Of a stretch of DNA of 64,000 nt, positions 28,370 to 44,075 are shown piece by piece. The notes under the pieces were generated by a model. It had not been told where the DNA came from. It saw only the letters and a list, made by a program, of their open reading frames with translations, and searched no databases. The position numbers were made by a program, and so were the translations under genes. Within the stretch, counting starts at the first letter, position 1; every line of letters starts with the position of its first letter. This DNA is from the human T2T-CHM13v2.0 reference genome, Homo sapiens, in NCBI RefSeq assembly GCF_009914755.1, contig NC_060927.1, one strand, 5' to 3'.

Positions 28370-28655
28370 TTTTTTTTGAGACAGAGTCTTCTCCATCACA
28401 CAGACTGGAGTGCAATGGCATGATCTTGCCTCACTGCAACTTCCAACTCCCGGGTTCTGGTGATTCTTCTGCTCAGCCTCCCAAGTAGCTGGGATTACAG
28501 GTGCCCACCACCATGCCCGGCTGATTTTTGTATTTTTAGTAGAGACGGGGTTTCACCATGTTGGTCAGGCTGGTTTCGAACTCCTGACCTCGTGATCCAC
28601 CCACCTTGGCCTCCCAAAGTGCTGGGATTACAGGCATGAGCAATCGTGTCCGACC
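28370..28655 (-). mobile_element. Alu (AluS-like)
   Basis: Dimeric Alu. Confidence 0.93.
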
Positions 28656-28819
28656 ATCTTGGGTATTTTTAAAGAAATAGCACTGCTATTATAACTTTGT
28701 TTTCATGTAAGTGGAAATAGTGGATTTCCATGGGATGAAAGCAACGGGGCAATGCCTCTAGCATTGTTTAGTGCTAGATGAGGCTGGTAGTTGGTAAGAA
28801 GTATAAAAATCAAGGAGAG

Positions 28820-29132
<313 letters not shown>

Positions 29133-29667
29133 AGAGAAGGAGAGATGACTTTAGCCAAAATAAGTCTGGAAATGTGATTTTAGCCAGTCTTCACTTTATT
29201 TCATCTGTGGTTCGTCTGTGGGTCACATTTCCCTTCCTAACAACCCCAAATTCTTATATCTCTTTAAACCTGATCTTATGAATGTTGTAGAACCAAATTT
29301 GTGAATTTCAGACAGGCTACTGCCTTTTCCAGAGATATTTACAGTTTAAGCCTTTTTTTAAAAAAAAAAAAAAACAAAAGAAAGATAAGCTTTATCAGTA
29401 AATGGAATTTCAAAGTCAAAAGAGGCTGAGCAAGAGCCTTTTTATTTGGAAGCAGAGGGTTCTTTCTAGTACAGTCTTCTTTGCTTCATCTGTAAGTTTG
29501 AAAGTCTTTTGTCTTTATTTATATTTTTAAATAAGTTAGGTACAAAAGTTCAGAGAAAGTCCCACTTGATTTGGTGGAAATTCATCAATTAACTTTCAGG
29601 TGGTCATGCTATTAAAACAGTCTTCTGGGTATATCCTGACATAAGCCAAGACGTTTTCACTGGACCA

Positions 29668-30122
<455 letters not shown>

Positions 30123-31050
30123 TCAATAGCATGTGTGTTAACTGAGTTAGTAACACAGTTCCTTTCTACCACCTCCACCTTAAGAGTATTGGGAGAGACT
30201 TTTAATTAAAGAAAAAAGTAGCAAATTTGAAAAATAGAATGTACTAAACATTCTGGTTTTTAAAGAATGACTATTATGTCTGTGAAACATCACCTATATT
30301 TTGTTTGATAAAATAAAAAAAGAAATGCTTGGTTGAAGGCAATAGCAGGTTCATGTTTTTATGATTGCATATCTCACAATAAAAAAGTAAACTCATTAAG
30401 TTTGTTACAAGGATTTGGCAGTTTTTATGTGATTTACTCTTATTAACAAGGACAAATATATTGAATTACCATTTTATATCAAATCTATATCCTATAGGAT
30501 TTAAAATGAACCAGTCTGGTTGACACATGAGTATGATGCAGAAAATCACTAATGAGAATAAAACAGGATTCCAAGTATATCAGATGTCCCTATTTGTGTA
30601 TGTTATATATTAAAACATGAATTTGTGTTTCATAAGTGTAAGGCTTTGACTTGGTTTTAAGAATCTGATATTTTAATGACCTATCCAGATCCTTTCAAAA
30701 GAAGTCATTCCTTGACTATTTCAAAGACTTTACTTCTCTATTTCTGCTAGCCTTGGAAATATTCACTGTTGATTTTTTTCCTTTGGTCACAACCTTCCAC
30801 CTCCTGCTTTTATCAAGCCCTTCAAAATGGTTCTTTTCATTCTGCCTTGACATTTCTCCATGCGCCCTGTGGCGGCCCACTCCAGCCTGTTGTCTCCCAC
30901 TGCTCACTTAGGGGCTTTAGCTGGAACTGTGTCTGGGCTAGACCTGGTCCTCAAGAATATGTATTTAGAAAGGTGAACAGCTTTAATCTCATTGTGCTGT
31001 CCTTCCCTCTGTTACTTCCCTGCTCTTCCAGTCTGTTGGCTTTTAATTTC

Positions 31051-31420
<370 letters not shown>

Positions 31421-32232
31421 TAGCTGCATGTTTGGGAAAGAGAGAACATAGGGAAGGCCTACCATACACTTGACCACCTTTGCTCAGAAGTGACCCACAT
31501 CACCTCATCCATGTTCTGGTGGCCAAGAAGGAGGCAGGAAAATGTAGAGGTGCAGATAAATATTGATAAGCATTGACAGTTTCTTTGATGTCAGTCTTGT
31601 AGAATTATTTTGAGAATTAAATATGACAGCATTTTAAAAATATTTAGTTCAGTGTGTGGTAGATAATTAGATCAATAATTATTAAATTGCTTAGTATTCC
31701 AGTTCAATAAAAGTTGTTTTTCTCTTAAAAAAGGGTTGATGAATTAGCATTCTACTATATGTTGATATATTTCCGTGAGTTTGGTTAGTGCAAGCCAAAG
31801 TCAGAGAGGTTGTTCCATACTCAGAGTATTCATAAAACCGTATTTCTGGGTCTGCAAGAACAGTGACTTAGAAACCATCCTGTGGAGTCACATCTTGGGG
31901 ACATTTCAGTCAGCTCCCAGGTGAAATTACATGGTCAAAATGATGTTTTTCTTCTGATTTTAGCTGAGCTCTCAATGTTAAGACCTGGGTTTGGAGTATC
32001 TATTTATCAATATACATTTTTGGGGTCATTCTGAGTTATCTCTAGTAGGCTGTTTGTTCTATTCTAAAGCTCATTTCCTGAGCTTTCTGTGGGATGCCTG
32101 CCATGGAGTCGCCTCCTGCTGTAGCCTGGAGTGGGGTTTGCCTGGTGGTCCTGACACTGATTCCCTTGCCACCTGCACTCCAGGTGGCTTAACACCCAAT
32201 CTTGAGACTGAATGTGTCACCCTTTCTGATAA

Positions 32233-32550
<318 letters not shown>

Positions 32551-33049
32551 ACCTTTGCGTTTTATAATCCCTCTGCTCTTTTGCTGCCTAAATCAGAACA
32601 TGCCTACCCCAGGAAGAGGCAGGGCACATCCGCCTCAGTATCAATTCTACTCACTAGGGACAAATAAAAGCCATTATTTTTATTTTGAAACAAAAATAAA
32701 TATATTAGGGAATAGAATGTAAAATCCTCTTGAATTTTGAATCAAGAACTACAAGAATTTTTTTTTCTATAAATTGGGTGGAACTCTTGACCCATTTTTA
32801 GTTTGGTTTCATTTGCCATTTTGAAAATACTGTGGGTAGAGTTTAAGGAGCAGACTTCTCTCACTTACATCTTGTTAACTTGAACTTGTTCTTATCAAGT
32901 CTAAAACGGATTCTATTCTAGCAATGCATCCTCTGATAGGTCACTCCTGATGTCTTCTGGCTGGTAGAGATGCCTCTTTGTAATGCTCACAGCCATGCAT
33001 GGCTTTCTCTTATGGATTTTGTTTACATTTTATTTATTATTTTGTTATT

Positions 33050-33405
33050 TAGCAAACATAAAATGCTTATTAAAAGCAAGGCAATCTTCTAAGTGACTAA
33101 CGTATTTTAATTTTCACAACAACCATATGAGGGAGGTACTCATTTGTGTGTATGTATGCATATATATGCATGTTGGTGTGTGTAAATATATCTCTGTGTA
33201 TGTATTCTTATATGTATATATGTATGTGTGTATGTATATATGTGTGCATATATATGTATGCTTGTGTGTGTATGTTTATGAAACACTGAGGTACAGAAGC
33301 TGAATAACTTTCTCAAAGTCACATAGCCAATATAAGCCATAAACCAGAGATAGTTTTTGAAATCAGGTAACTGACTTCTAAGTCGATACTCTTAGCCACT
33401 ATATT
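33050..33405 (-). mobile_element. MIR interrupted by a (TG/TA) low-complexity tract (~33145-33275)
   Basis: ttcacaacaaccatatgagggaggtact ... gaaacactgaggtacagaagctgaataactttctcaaagtcacatagc. Confidence 0.7.
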
Positions 33406-34343
33406 GCCTCTTGCTGTATTTTAATTGTTGGTTAACTTCTCTCTTTTCGTCTGGACTATAAGGGCCTTCTGGACAGAGTTTTATTGATCTTGCATCCCTT
33501 GAGCCTAGAATGGAGCCAGACACACAATAACTGGGCAGCCAGTGTTGGCTAAACCTTTGCATGGAGAGGGTGGAGGTCATTTGAACTGTCTGCCTAGGCC
33601 ATGTGACTTAATGACCCCATCACCTTCTTTATGAACATAGCCAGTGGGTTCTAATTGTTAGAGGAATTGTACACTTATTTCATTCTGTGCTTAGTGGAAC
33701 ACGTTGTGAAATTTTTGTACATAGACAGTTTCTTGGAATATTTTAACAATTTCTTTGAATGTCTGAATGGGAATTCTAGGATTCCAATTTCTCTCTGTCC
33801 CTTGTTTGTGATTCTAGGAAATACAGCTTAATTCAAAGTTTGTGAAAGCTCAGGAATCTTTCTGCCATGTTCTGAGATTTTATTCTGTACTACCTGTCCT
33901 AGAGTTCTGATTTCAGGAACAGACTCCACCAAAAAACAGCTTTTGAGGCTTTGAAAGTAAAAGCAGATGCCATTACCTGCAATATCAGCAGTTTTCCTTA
34001 GAATCTTTCCGAAGTGACATCTCAAGGAGCTGATTTGGAGCAAAACTTTATATTCCCTGTGAGCCGAATCATTTTGAAAACACACTTGTTGCAAGTGATG
34101 ACTGGTCAGAAGTAAATCTACTGAGTGTCAGCTCCATGTAGGAGTAATCCACCACAGCTTAAAAAATCAAAACCGTATTTTCCTTAGAAAACATGTTTTA
34201 ATGAATATCAAGGTAGAAATCTTCCTTATTTTGTTGATAATTAAAAGGAAGGCTTTGCATTACACCAAATTTGGACTCTCTTTGTGGTCCTTGCTTCCCC
34301 TAACCCTACTTTATTTCATACACACACATACACACATGCATAC

Positions 34344-34622
34344 TTTTGTTTTGTTTTGCTTTGTTTTGAGACAGGGAGGGTCTCACTCTGTATCCCAGGC
34401 TAGAGTGCAGTGGTGTGATCATGGCTCACCACAGCCTCTACCTTCCAGGCTCAAGCAATCTTCCCACCTCAGCCTCTTGATTAGCTGAAACTACAGGCAT
34501 GCACCGTACTCAGCTAATTTTTATATTTTGTAGTAACAGGGTCTTGCTATGCTCCCCTGGCTAGCTTCAAACCCCTGGGTTCAAGTGATCCTTTTGCCGT
34601 GGCCTCCCAAAGTGCTGGGATC
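34344..34622 (-). mobile_element. Alu (AluJ-like)
   Basis: Diverged dimeric Alu. Confidence 0.9.
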
Positions 34623-37099
34623 AAAGGCACATGCATACTTTGTTTCTATTTGGAATATTTTGAGAAAATGTGGTCTGCCTGCTGTCAGTTCCATGTCAGC
34701 ATTCATTGACTCACTCATATGGCAAACATGCTGTATAACTTTTATCATTACCTTACTTGCATCTGATTTTCTTTTTCAAAAACTGGAAGTAGTTACATGT
34801 CTTTGTAGGGTCAGAGAGTTAGAATTATATCACAGTTATTCTCTCTCCCTGTTTTCCTCCTCTTCCTTCTTTCTCTTTCCCCACCTTCAACTTTGGAAAC
34901 AAACCATTAGTGCTTTTATAGTTAGAGAGTACCTTGAGGGAGGAAATATTTCTGTTTCCTCTTGAGGGCAATCTCGTAAATTCTGCTAACATACTAAGAG
35001 GTGTGAATCAGTACAGTGAGGCCAAAGGGATCATATGGTTGAATTCAGATCCTGAAGCAGTTACTCTGGATATAAATGACTTTGCCACTAATTGTTTATG
35101 GCATATTAAAGGCTAAGAGCTAGAAAGATGACAAAGGACATGCATTTAGGGTAGTGTATTATAATTATATGTTGAGTGTTACTTGTGGTAGGTAAACACA
35201 GTGTGAAAGACATAGTAACTGACACAGCCAAAGATCAATAATCCACATATTCTCAATTAGAATATGTATGTGTGTGTGTATAAATATGCATTTATTTATA
35301 TATAGCCCTTCTTATCTCAGAAAGGAATGAAGATTATTTACCAAAATACACATGGTACAAAGAGATAAGTAAAATTGAAAACAAGTGGATGAGAGTACCA
35401 GAACCCTAAATGAGGGTAGGAAGATGCAGATGAAGCTAGGAGTTACATTATACATTAAATGTATGCTGTAAGAATGGGTCTATTTGCTCGTGTTGGCTAC
35501 AAAGTCTGCCCTAAACTTTCCAGTAGCTGATACAGAAAGCGATATGGCCCCAAACTAAGAAGGAGCAAAATTATTCCTAATGCTAAGAAGACCAGTGATG
35601 AATTTTTCATAAACAGGGTGTTGCAAAATAACTAGGCCCTCAGCAATATCCCCTGAGTAAATACAGGAATTAGTTTTATTGGTTTGCTCTATGATCCTGT
35701 GCACCCTGAGGCTGGCAGATATTGACTCTTCCAGAAATAGCTATTTTTCATTTGTGGAGCTGCTTATTGTTTACCAAGGCTCAGGAATCTTTGAGGAGGG
35801 ATGATAGCAAAATATTATTGTTTTACTAGATTAAATTAGGTAACAATACTTTGGCAGCTAATCAATAGCTAATGTATAATCAGAATAATTGTGTATATAC
35901 AAGTATTTTTTATCCTAGAAGTAAACAAAACTTTTCTTAATTTCACTGAGTTATTATTATTATTAATTTTGCTGACTGTCATTTGATGTTGTTTATTTGA
36001 ATATGACTTCTATAATTTCTGCTGTGTGTCTGAAGAAAAGGGCAGAATTTGAGAGTGTTTTTAAAAAAATTCTTACATGTTTCCTGTAAGAATTTTACAT
36101 GTTTGCCTTAGACTCTTTAACAAAAATCATTTATTTGTAAAAGTGATACATGCTCATTTTAGGAGATTTGGAAAACACAAGAACACACAAATGACCTAAA
36201 ATCTCATCATTTATAAATAACTTTGGCATGTTATATAGTATATGTCTTTATGTGTATAGTGTATGCAGTGGCTTAATTTCTTAATTTTATGAGGGTTACT
36301 ACATGGTTCCACAGCCATAGAAACTAGCTTTATAGTTTCTCTACTTATGATTAAGTAAAACTATTGATTTCCTATCTGCTTGAACACACAGAACTATCCT
36401 AAGATACTGTGGAATTGGGAGCAAAACACAAAACCCAAAACTTTGAGTTTAAGACCAGAGACTTGAGAGAAAGTCTGACATTCACAAATACACTCCCACC
36501 ACCACGTTTTTTATTTTGTTTTTTGGTTTTTATTAAACAATATTAGGTATCAGTTTCCACAATGAAATAATGTTCCCCAAGTGATGGTGCTACAGAAAGT
36601 GGGATGCACTATATAAATGTGAATGGTATTGTCCTTGTTAACTAACACTAGTGACTTCGAAACTGAACAAGAGCCCGGTGACCAGGGCTCTGACCATGTG
36701 CTCTTGACCCTTTAATATAGAAGGAATGGGGGAAAAAAGAGGGAAATTAGAAAGAATACTCCAGAGTAGTGGGATGGGTCCAGAGATATGAGTTGAGACA
36801 ATAGAGAAGAGTGAGAAATATTGCTCAGAGGCATTGCCATTTTAATTTATTTCCCACAAGCATCATTTAAGTTCACAGGAAAAAGTAATCACAATTGGAA
36901 ATATAAATAAATAAGGGGGCTGATAGGGATATGTTCATTCTCAGTGCAAGGAACACTATTGAGTGCCTGTGTGTTCCAGGAACTTGGGAGATGCAAAGGT
37001 GCTTGAAATGCAGCCTTTATTCTCGAGGAGTTCCAGGTGCATTTTGCATGATACTAAGAGTACAAAAATAAAAAATGGGAACAATCCAATTGAATAATG

Positions 37100-37843
37100 A
37101 GACATTTTATTTTTAATACATTTTAAAATTTGTAACAGTACCAAACTTTTAGAAACATTGCAAGTACAGAACAGAACAAAAAGTTTTTTTGTTTTTCTGA
37201 CAATTTTAGAGTAAGTTGTTGACCTGATGTCTTATTACCTGTAAGTATTTTAGTGTGTATTTCCCTACAAGCATATTCTCCTACATAATCACAATATAAC
37301 CATCAAAATCAGAAAATTAATACTGATACTGAAGTACAATGCCATGATCATAGTTCGCTGCAGCCTCAAACTCCTGGGCTCAAGCAGTCCTCCTGCCTCA
37401 GCCCCCTGAGTAGCTGGGACTATAGTTTCACACCACCACGCCCACCTAATTAATTTTTTTTTTTTTGTAGCGATGGGGTCTGGCTATGTTGCCTAGGCTT
37501 GTCTTGAACTCTTGGCTTTAAGCAATCCTCTCACCATAACCTTCCAAAGCACTGGGACTACAGCTGTGAGCCACCGCACCTGGCCCATTGCTAACTTTAA
37601 TCCTCAGACCCCATTTAAGTTTTGCTGATCATATGCTTTATAACAAAAGCTTCCAGTTCAAAATCACATATCACATTTAGTTGTCATTTTAGTTTCCTTC
37701 AGTCTAGAAGAAGTCCTCATTTTTTCTTTGACTTTCACAACCTTGACACTTTTCAAAGGCTAGTTATTTTGTAAAATGTCATTTAAATTGGGGTTGTCTG
37801 ATATTTCTTCATGATTACACTCAGGTGATGCATCTTTGGTAGG
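37100..37843 (-). mobile_element. L1MC-like 3' fragment containing a tail-less AluJ (37330-37585)
   Basis: L1MC motifs ctcctacataatcacaatataaccatcaaaatcagaaaattaa and tttcttcatgattacactcagg, with Alu sequence in between. Confidence 0.7.
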
Positions 37844-38185
37844 TGTGATGGTTAATGTTGGGTGTGAACTTGACTAGATTAAGGGATACCTAGATAGCTG
37901 GTAAAGCATTATTTCTGGGTGTGTTTGTGTGAGTGGTAGACTGAGTGGGAAAGATTTGCCATCAATGTGGGTGGGCACCAGACAATCATCTGGGGGCTCA
38001 GATAGAACAAAACGCAGAGGAAAGGTGAATTCAGCTTCTCTCCTGGAGCTGGGACACCCTTCTTCTCCTGCCCTTGAACGGCAGAACTCCAAGCTTCCCA
38101 GCCTTTGAACTCTGATTTGCAGTAGCGGCCGACTGGGTTCCCAGGCCTTCAAACTCAGACTGAGAATTACACCATCAGCTTCAAC
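37844..38185. mobile_element. MLT2-family (ERVL) LTR fragment
   Basis: tgtgatggttaatgttgggtgtgaacttgactagattaagggatacctagatagctggtaaagcattatttctgggtgtg is the typical MLT2 start. Confidence 0.8.
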
Positions 38186-40069
38186 ACTCTGTGCTGGGAA
38201 GCTCCCACGCCTTGATGTTTTCCTCACCCTCTTTGAGCTCTGGCAGCCCACAGCAGATTGCCCCTTTTTGGTGGACACTCTTCTTACTGAGCTCAGGCTT
38301 TAAAACCCCTGTGAGGCAGCCATCTTAGAGAGTGTCTGCTCTATCTGAGCTCTGACACCCTGCTCTGGGCCATGGTGGCTCTCCCCTTTGAGGACAAATA
38401 TTTCTCTTACTCTGCCCCAGTTCATGGTTTTAGGACTGCATTATTTGGAAGGGAAGGAAAGAGAAAAGGGGAAGGAAGAAGAGGAAAAGAAGATAAAATC
38501 TATTTTAAATTATGAAAATTGGAAGAAATAACAATGTATATTTTGTATTTGTTTTCTATACTAATGATAAATGAGGCCTCTAGTTATCTTAAAAGACTAA
38601 AATTTTATTCATGTTTTTAAACTTTACATTTATTTTTTTCTTAGGGGACTAATGTAATGCTAGATAATTAGGCTCAGATTCCTTATTTATATTCTTATTT
38701 GGGGCCAGAAGGGAAATATACTTTAATATATAATCTCCCCTTTTTTAATATGCCCAGAAGGATTGGAAAATATTGGGAATTAACAATTATTAGTGAAGAG
38801 ACTAGATTGTAAAGCTATTATATTTTAAAATAAAGTCAGCATTGCTCCTTTTAATCATTTCATGCAATTTTGCCCCAAAGGCATTTATCCTTGTCGTTAT
38901 CCATTGAGTTGCACTGTAAACCCTATTAACTTAATCCAGATGAAGTCACAGAGTTATTTCTGACTCCATGTTGTGGTTCTATTGAGGTAATTACTACCAA
39001 GTGATCAGTGATTGAATTTGAAAAAATGCATTTAATTATTATTAATTGAATAACCACTGAGTTAATAAAACTGTCCTAAGATATTATACTGGAAATTAAT
39101 TGAATACAATATATCTACCTTCTAGAAGTTATGCCCTGAAGGAGATAATAAAGAAGTAACAGTCTTTTTCAGGAAGGTGAAAGACACTTAATAAATGCTC
39201 ATTAAATTAAATGTTTTCCTAACATTTGGAAGCTGGGGTGGCTCATGGGAGCTAAATGACAATTTCATTCATACAAATTCTTAATATGGCAAGCATGTCA
39301 AGTTAATCAACAATGTTAGGCAATCCAGTGACTTGTCTGAGATTTTTAATATCTAAATAGTAAGCTGGATTTAAAATAATCAGTCTAGTCAATTATTTAT
39401 TTTCTTTTGTAAAATGTAGTAATAACATCAGGTTAAATCAAGGTAAATAACCTAAAGTTAAAAGATTACAAATGTCCACAATCCCATCCCTTTCTTTTTC
39501 TTTTAAAATGTAAGGTGCCTAGTAATTTTCTTAAATAATAATATAGAATAATAGATAGCTTGTCTGTCTCTGACTGGCTTGACCTTGACTTGTTCCATGA
39601 TTTCAGCTTAGAATTCTTACTAACCATAATGTGGAAGAATTGCAGGGCCTTAATGCAAGCTGTGATTCTGGAATTGCCTCATAAATTTACAGATAAAAAA
39701 AAAAAGTGGGATGTTTTGCGCTTAGTAATGTAAAGAAAGCATTTGAAGAAGTTATCACAATCAAGTACATCTGCAAAATTCAGAATCCAGGAAGTTAAAA
39801 TTTCCCATTGAAAGAAGAGATGACCACAATACCCAACAATACATTTACTGATTCAGCATGACCTTAAAAATGCATTTCACTTTTTCTCTAAATGAATGTG
39901 TGTATTTGTTAAGAACATTAAACAAAGTCTGCATATAGCTTCAAGGATTCAATAATAGTAAAGAGCATCAAATAACAGAGTCAAAAGAAATAAACTGAAG
40001 GAAACTGTGAGCAAAGATGAAAAGGCAAAGTCTCTGGAAACAGTCAAGAAGAAAGATTACTGACCACTG

Positions 40070-40334
40070 GACTGAACTTGAGACTTTCAGCTGGATTCAG
40101 GTGTGCTCCTCGGGTCTCCTTTCTAGACCCAGGCCGAAGTGGCTGCACCTTCCTATAGCATGTTTTTCTCATGGTGATGAAGGAGAGGTGGGTGCAGGAC
40201 GTGCACTGCCCCTGAAGACCTTGGCTCAGAACAAACACACTGTCACCTCCACCCACATCCCATTGGCCAAAGGAGGTAACATGGCCAGGCCCACATTAGT
40301 AGGATGCAAAATACAATCTTCCCGTAGTAGGAAG
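40070..40334. repeat. Left arm of a 265-bp inverted duplication (MLT1-derived)
   Basis: Reverse complement of 41142-41406, with 7 substitutions and no indels by manual alignment. Confidence 0.97.
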
Positions 40335-41141
40335 ATTCTGAAGATTCAAGTTTTGAGAAGACAGAAAAGCAATAAAGTGATGCATCAATAGGAAAAGTAC
40401 TTTGCTATGAGGCAAGAACAACACATTTGCTTTCAGAAGCAAATAACCCTGAGACTTCAAAGAAAACCTTTTGATTTCTATCTTTCATTTATTTTTGTTC
40501 AAATCTTTGTGTCTGATAACAGATTGGAGGACTCTGGGAATCCACTGCTTTATGTTGGTATTTTAAGGCAGTCATTTGCAATATCCCTTGTAGTCCCTGT
40601 CCTCCTTTCATCCCCCAACCAACCTCTGGACCATTTCCTAACAGACACCATTCTGAAATTATTTGAACTAAAAAAGCTTGCCTGAGGAAACAGGGTTCTT
40701 TTAAATTTATGGAGCTTAAGGATCTTAAATAGGTAATTTTTCCAAGCACTACACTTGGTTAGGAGGGAAGAAAGGGCTGCCTTCCAGAGGGCTAGCTTGT
40801 GTTAAATTCAGTTCAGAAATATAAAACTTTTGGGCCCATTTGACAACAATTCAACAACAGTTTAGGAGATTAAAAAAGGAATGGGTAGAGATTCAGACCA
40901 CTGACTAATCATTCTGAACCCGGAAGTCTAGAGAGTTTCTGAGGTTTTAGATTGCATCATGTATAATGTCAAATTCTCATACATAGGAAACCCAAACCAT
41001 CTGACTATAAAGTCTATGGTTCTCAATAATGTTAAGAAGTCTTATTCTCCCTGCAGTAACCAAGATTATTGTCCCTAGTTCTTCACTTTATTCTATAATA
41101 AAATGATATGTTCTTGTCCTTGGCCAGGGGAATTTGAAGTG

Positions 41142-41406
41142 CTTCCTACTATGGGAAGATTGTATTTTGCATCCTACTAATGTGGGCCTGGCCATGTTAC
41201 CTCCTTTGGCCAATGGGATGTGGGTGGAGGTGACAGTGTGTTTGTTCTGAGCCAAGGTCTTCAGGGGCATTGCATGTCGTGCACCCACATCTCCTTCATC
41301 ACCATGAGAAAAACATGCTATAGGAAGGTGCAGCCACTTCAGCCTGGGTCTAGAAAGGAGACCCGAAGAGCACACCTGAATCCAGCTGAAAGTCTCAAGT
41401 TCAGTC
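41142..41406. repeat. Right arm of the inverted duplication, part of a longer MLT1-like LTR (~41110-41495)
   Basis: MLT1 motifs (ttggccaatgggatgtgggtggaggtgac; ataaatatttgttgtgtaagtcactaa). LTR-like sequence continues beyond the duplicated part on this side only. Confidence 0.93.
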
Positions 41407-41949
41407 TAGCCCTACTGAGTCCAGATGGCTTGCAGACCTATGTGGGGATATATAAATATTTGTTGTGTAAGTCACTAATATGCTGCTTCACAAGCTTGAT
41501 TTCAAAATTTACTTCTTAGTATAAGTCCTAAAGAACAAATGACACTACAAATGGCATGATCATCCTGACATACTCCAAACGCTCTTTCAGAATAAACTGC
41601 CTCAGAGCTTCCAAATAAAAAATGTAAGTCCTAGATTAAGTTATGCTTAATATCACTTAAAAGATCTCAACTATTTTCTTCACTGTGATGGATGTATGAG
41701 CTGTTACTGGACTGTCAAATTAAAAACAGCAAATCATTTTACATGAAAAAATAGCCTACCATACAGCCATTATAAAGACAAATCCAGAATCTTGGGACAA
41801 CCCGATTCTTTGGCTTCTCTATCCCTGCACCTGAGCAGCTGAATGTGGAGGGAGAAAACAGGTAGAAAAAATCCACTCTGCTGGCTGGTCTACTTAAGAT
41901 TTATTGCAGCACAGTCAGACACTCCTACCCCACTTTTATGGTAGGTTAC

Positions 41950-42373
41950 TGTGTTGGGCTGTTCTTGCACTGTTACAAAGAAATACTGGAGACTAAGTAA
42001 TTTATAAGAACAGAGGTTTAATTGGCTTATGGTTCTGCAGGCTGTACAAGAAGCTTAGTGACATCTGCCTCTGGCGAGGCCTCAGAGAGCTTTTACTTAT
42101 TATGGTGGGAGGCAAAATGGGAGCAGGCACCTCACAGGGTGAAAGCAGGAGCAAGAGAGTGAGGAGGGAAGTGCTGCACACTTTTAAATGACCAGATCTC
42201 ATGAGAACTCACTCACTATGGCGAGGACAATAGTAACAAGAGGGATGGTGCTAAACCATTCATGAGAAATCTGCCCCCATGCTCCAATCACCCACCACCA
42301 GGCCCCATCTCCAACATTGGGGATTACCTTTCAATATGAGATTTGGATGGGAACACACATTCAAACTATATCA
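41950..42373 (-). mobile_element. MaLR solo LTR (MSTA/MSTB-like)
   Basis: tgtgttgggctgttcttgcactgttacaaagaaatac...ggttctgcaggctgtacaagaagc...caaactatatca. Confidence 0.88.
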
Positions 42374-42419
42374 GTCATCTTTTCCTTTCACCAGGAAGGA
42401 CCATTTCACATATTCTCCT

Positions 42420-44075
42420 CTCCCCTCAGACCTCCAGTACCTTCTCCTCTGGCCTCACTCTTAGCTGATGACCTTGCTTCTTAATTTACTGAGAAAATAG
42501 AGGCAATCAGGAGAGGTTTACCTTATCTTCTATGTCCAACTCCATCTGGCTATGTGTCTAGATGGTCTTCTCTCTTGTTATCATTCAAATGGTCCCAGTC
42601 CCTGGGCCTATATGGGACAGCCTCTCTCAGCACTGAATCTTTGAAGCCCATCCTGGGCTGCATCCTTGAGAACTTTGCTTCTGCAATCATGCCCTCTCCT
42701 TTCTGCAGCATCAATTTTCACCTTTGAGGGATCATTCCCATCGGGATACAATGTGTGGTGTCTCTCCCAAGTTCTCCCCAAGTTATTGCTGTTCTTCATC
42801 ACCAAACCAGTAAAACAGACAGCCTATATTTGCTGTTTCCATGTCCTCACCTTCCATTTTCTCTTTAACTCATTCCAATCAGGATGTCATCCTCATGGCT
42901 TCAAGGTAATGATTCTCATCAGGGTCACTAGGGACCTCTATGCTGCCAAATCCCTTGGGCAATACTCCTTTTTCTTGAAATATTCTCTTCACTTAGTTTC
43001 CCATTCATCGTCCTCTCCCAGTTTCTTCCTTTTACTGGACGTATCTTCTGCATTTCCTCTGCTGGCTGTATCTGATCTCCTGAACTTCTAAATGTTGGAA
43101 TGCTATAGGACAGTGTCCTTGACTCTCTTTGGCTGTCTATCATACCCCTTTCTATGTGATCTTAACCAGCCCCAAGGGTATCTATTTTCAGACAAATTCC
43201 AAATGTATATCTCCTCTAAGCTCCAAACTCACCTTTCCATTTGTATGTCTAATAAGCATCTCAAACCAGACATGTCCAAAACCAAACTCTTACCTTCCAT
43301 ACCCACTTCTTCCTCACTTTTTCCAATCTCAATAATTATAACTCTATTGACCAGTAGCTCAGGCCAAAACCTAGGTGTCATCCTGATATTGTTCTTTCCT
43401 TCTTTCCCCATATCAATCAGCAAAACCCACTGGCTCTATCTTCAAACTATCTGAAATCTGATGACATCTCACTCTTTTCACCCCACCACCTCCTGTGCCC
43501 TTTTGGCTTCCTTTTGGATTCTGTCATGATTGGCACCAGCACAGATGGACAGAGAAAGGCCAGGTATTTCTCCCCCACTCCCTCTTTGATTCAGGGCTGC
43601 ATCTCTAGAAGTCGCTGCATTCGCGTGACTCCAGATAACCCTTGTCCTTGGCCCCAGCTGGCACTGGGCTCTCCTGTTCTATTCTGTCTTTGCTCCTTCA
43701 GCCCTTGGAATAGTACTGCCTTTTCTCTTTTGCTTTGCATCCCATTTATGCCTCCGTGAACTTCAAATGAAATCTCTTCATCTGATTCATCTGAGGGTGA
43801 AGCTCTTTTTCTGCTGGAACCCTGACTGACACACTACTCTATCTAAAATATCATTCCTCTTCACTCCTTATCCCTTTAACTATTTTTTTTCTTAGTATAT
43901 ACTATTAACTAAAATGTATGATCTGTTGTTTTGTCTTTGCTTTTTATTTTTTGTCCTCCCTCTCCTCTTCCTCAAAAGGTAAGCTTTCTGGGGGCTTTTA
44001 TTTTTATTTCCACATCTTTATCCCTGGCCCCTGGAAGAACACCTGATATAGAGTTTCATGTAAATATGTTTCTAT
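42420..44075 (+). mobile_element. L2 fragments, interrupted by an ERVL/MaLR-type LTR remnant at ~43495-43833
   Basis: L2 motifs gctgatgaccttgcttc...ttactgagaaaatagaggcaatc and catgtccaaaaccaaactc. The insert ends ctgctggaaccctgactgacaca. Confidence 0.65.

Noticed and set aside
40017-41519. Two near-identical ORFs on opposite strands as a duplicated gene pair
   Set aside because: They are a by-product of the inverted duplication of LTR-derived DNA. The peptide has no recognisable domain and similarity stops at the repeat edges.
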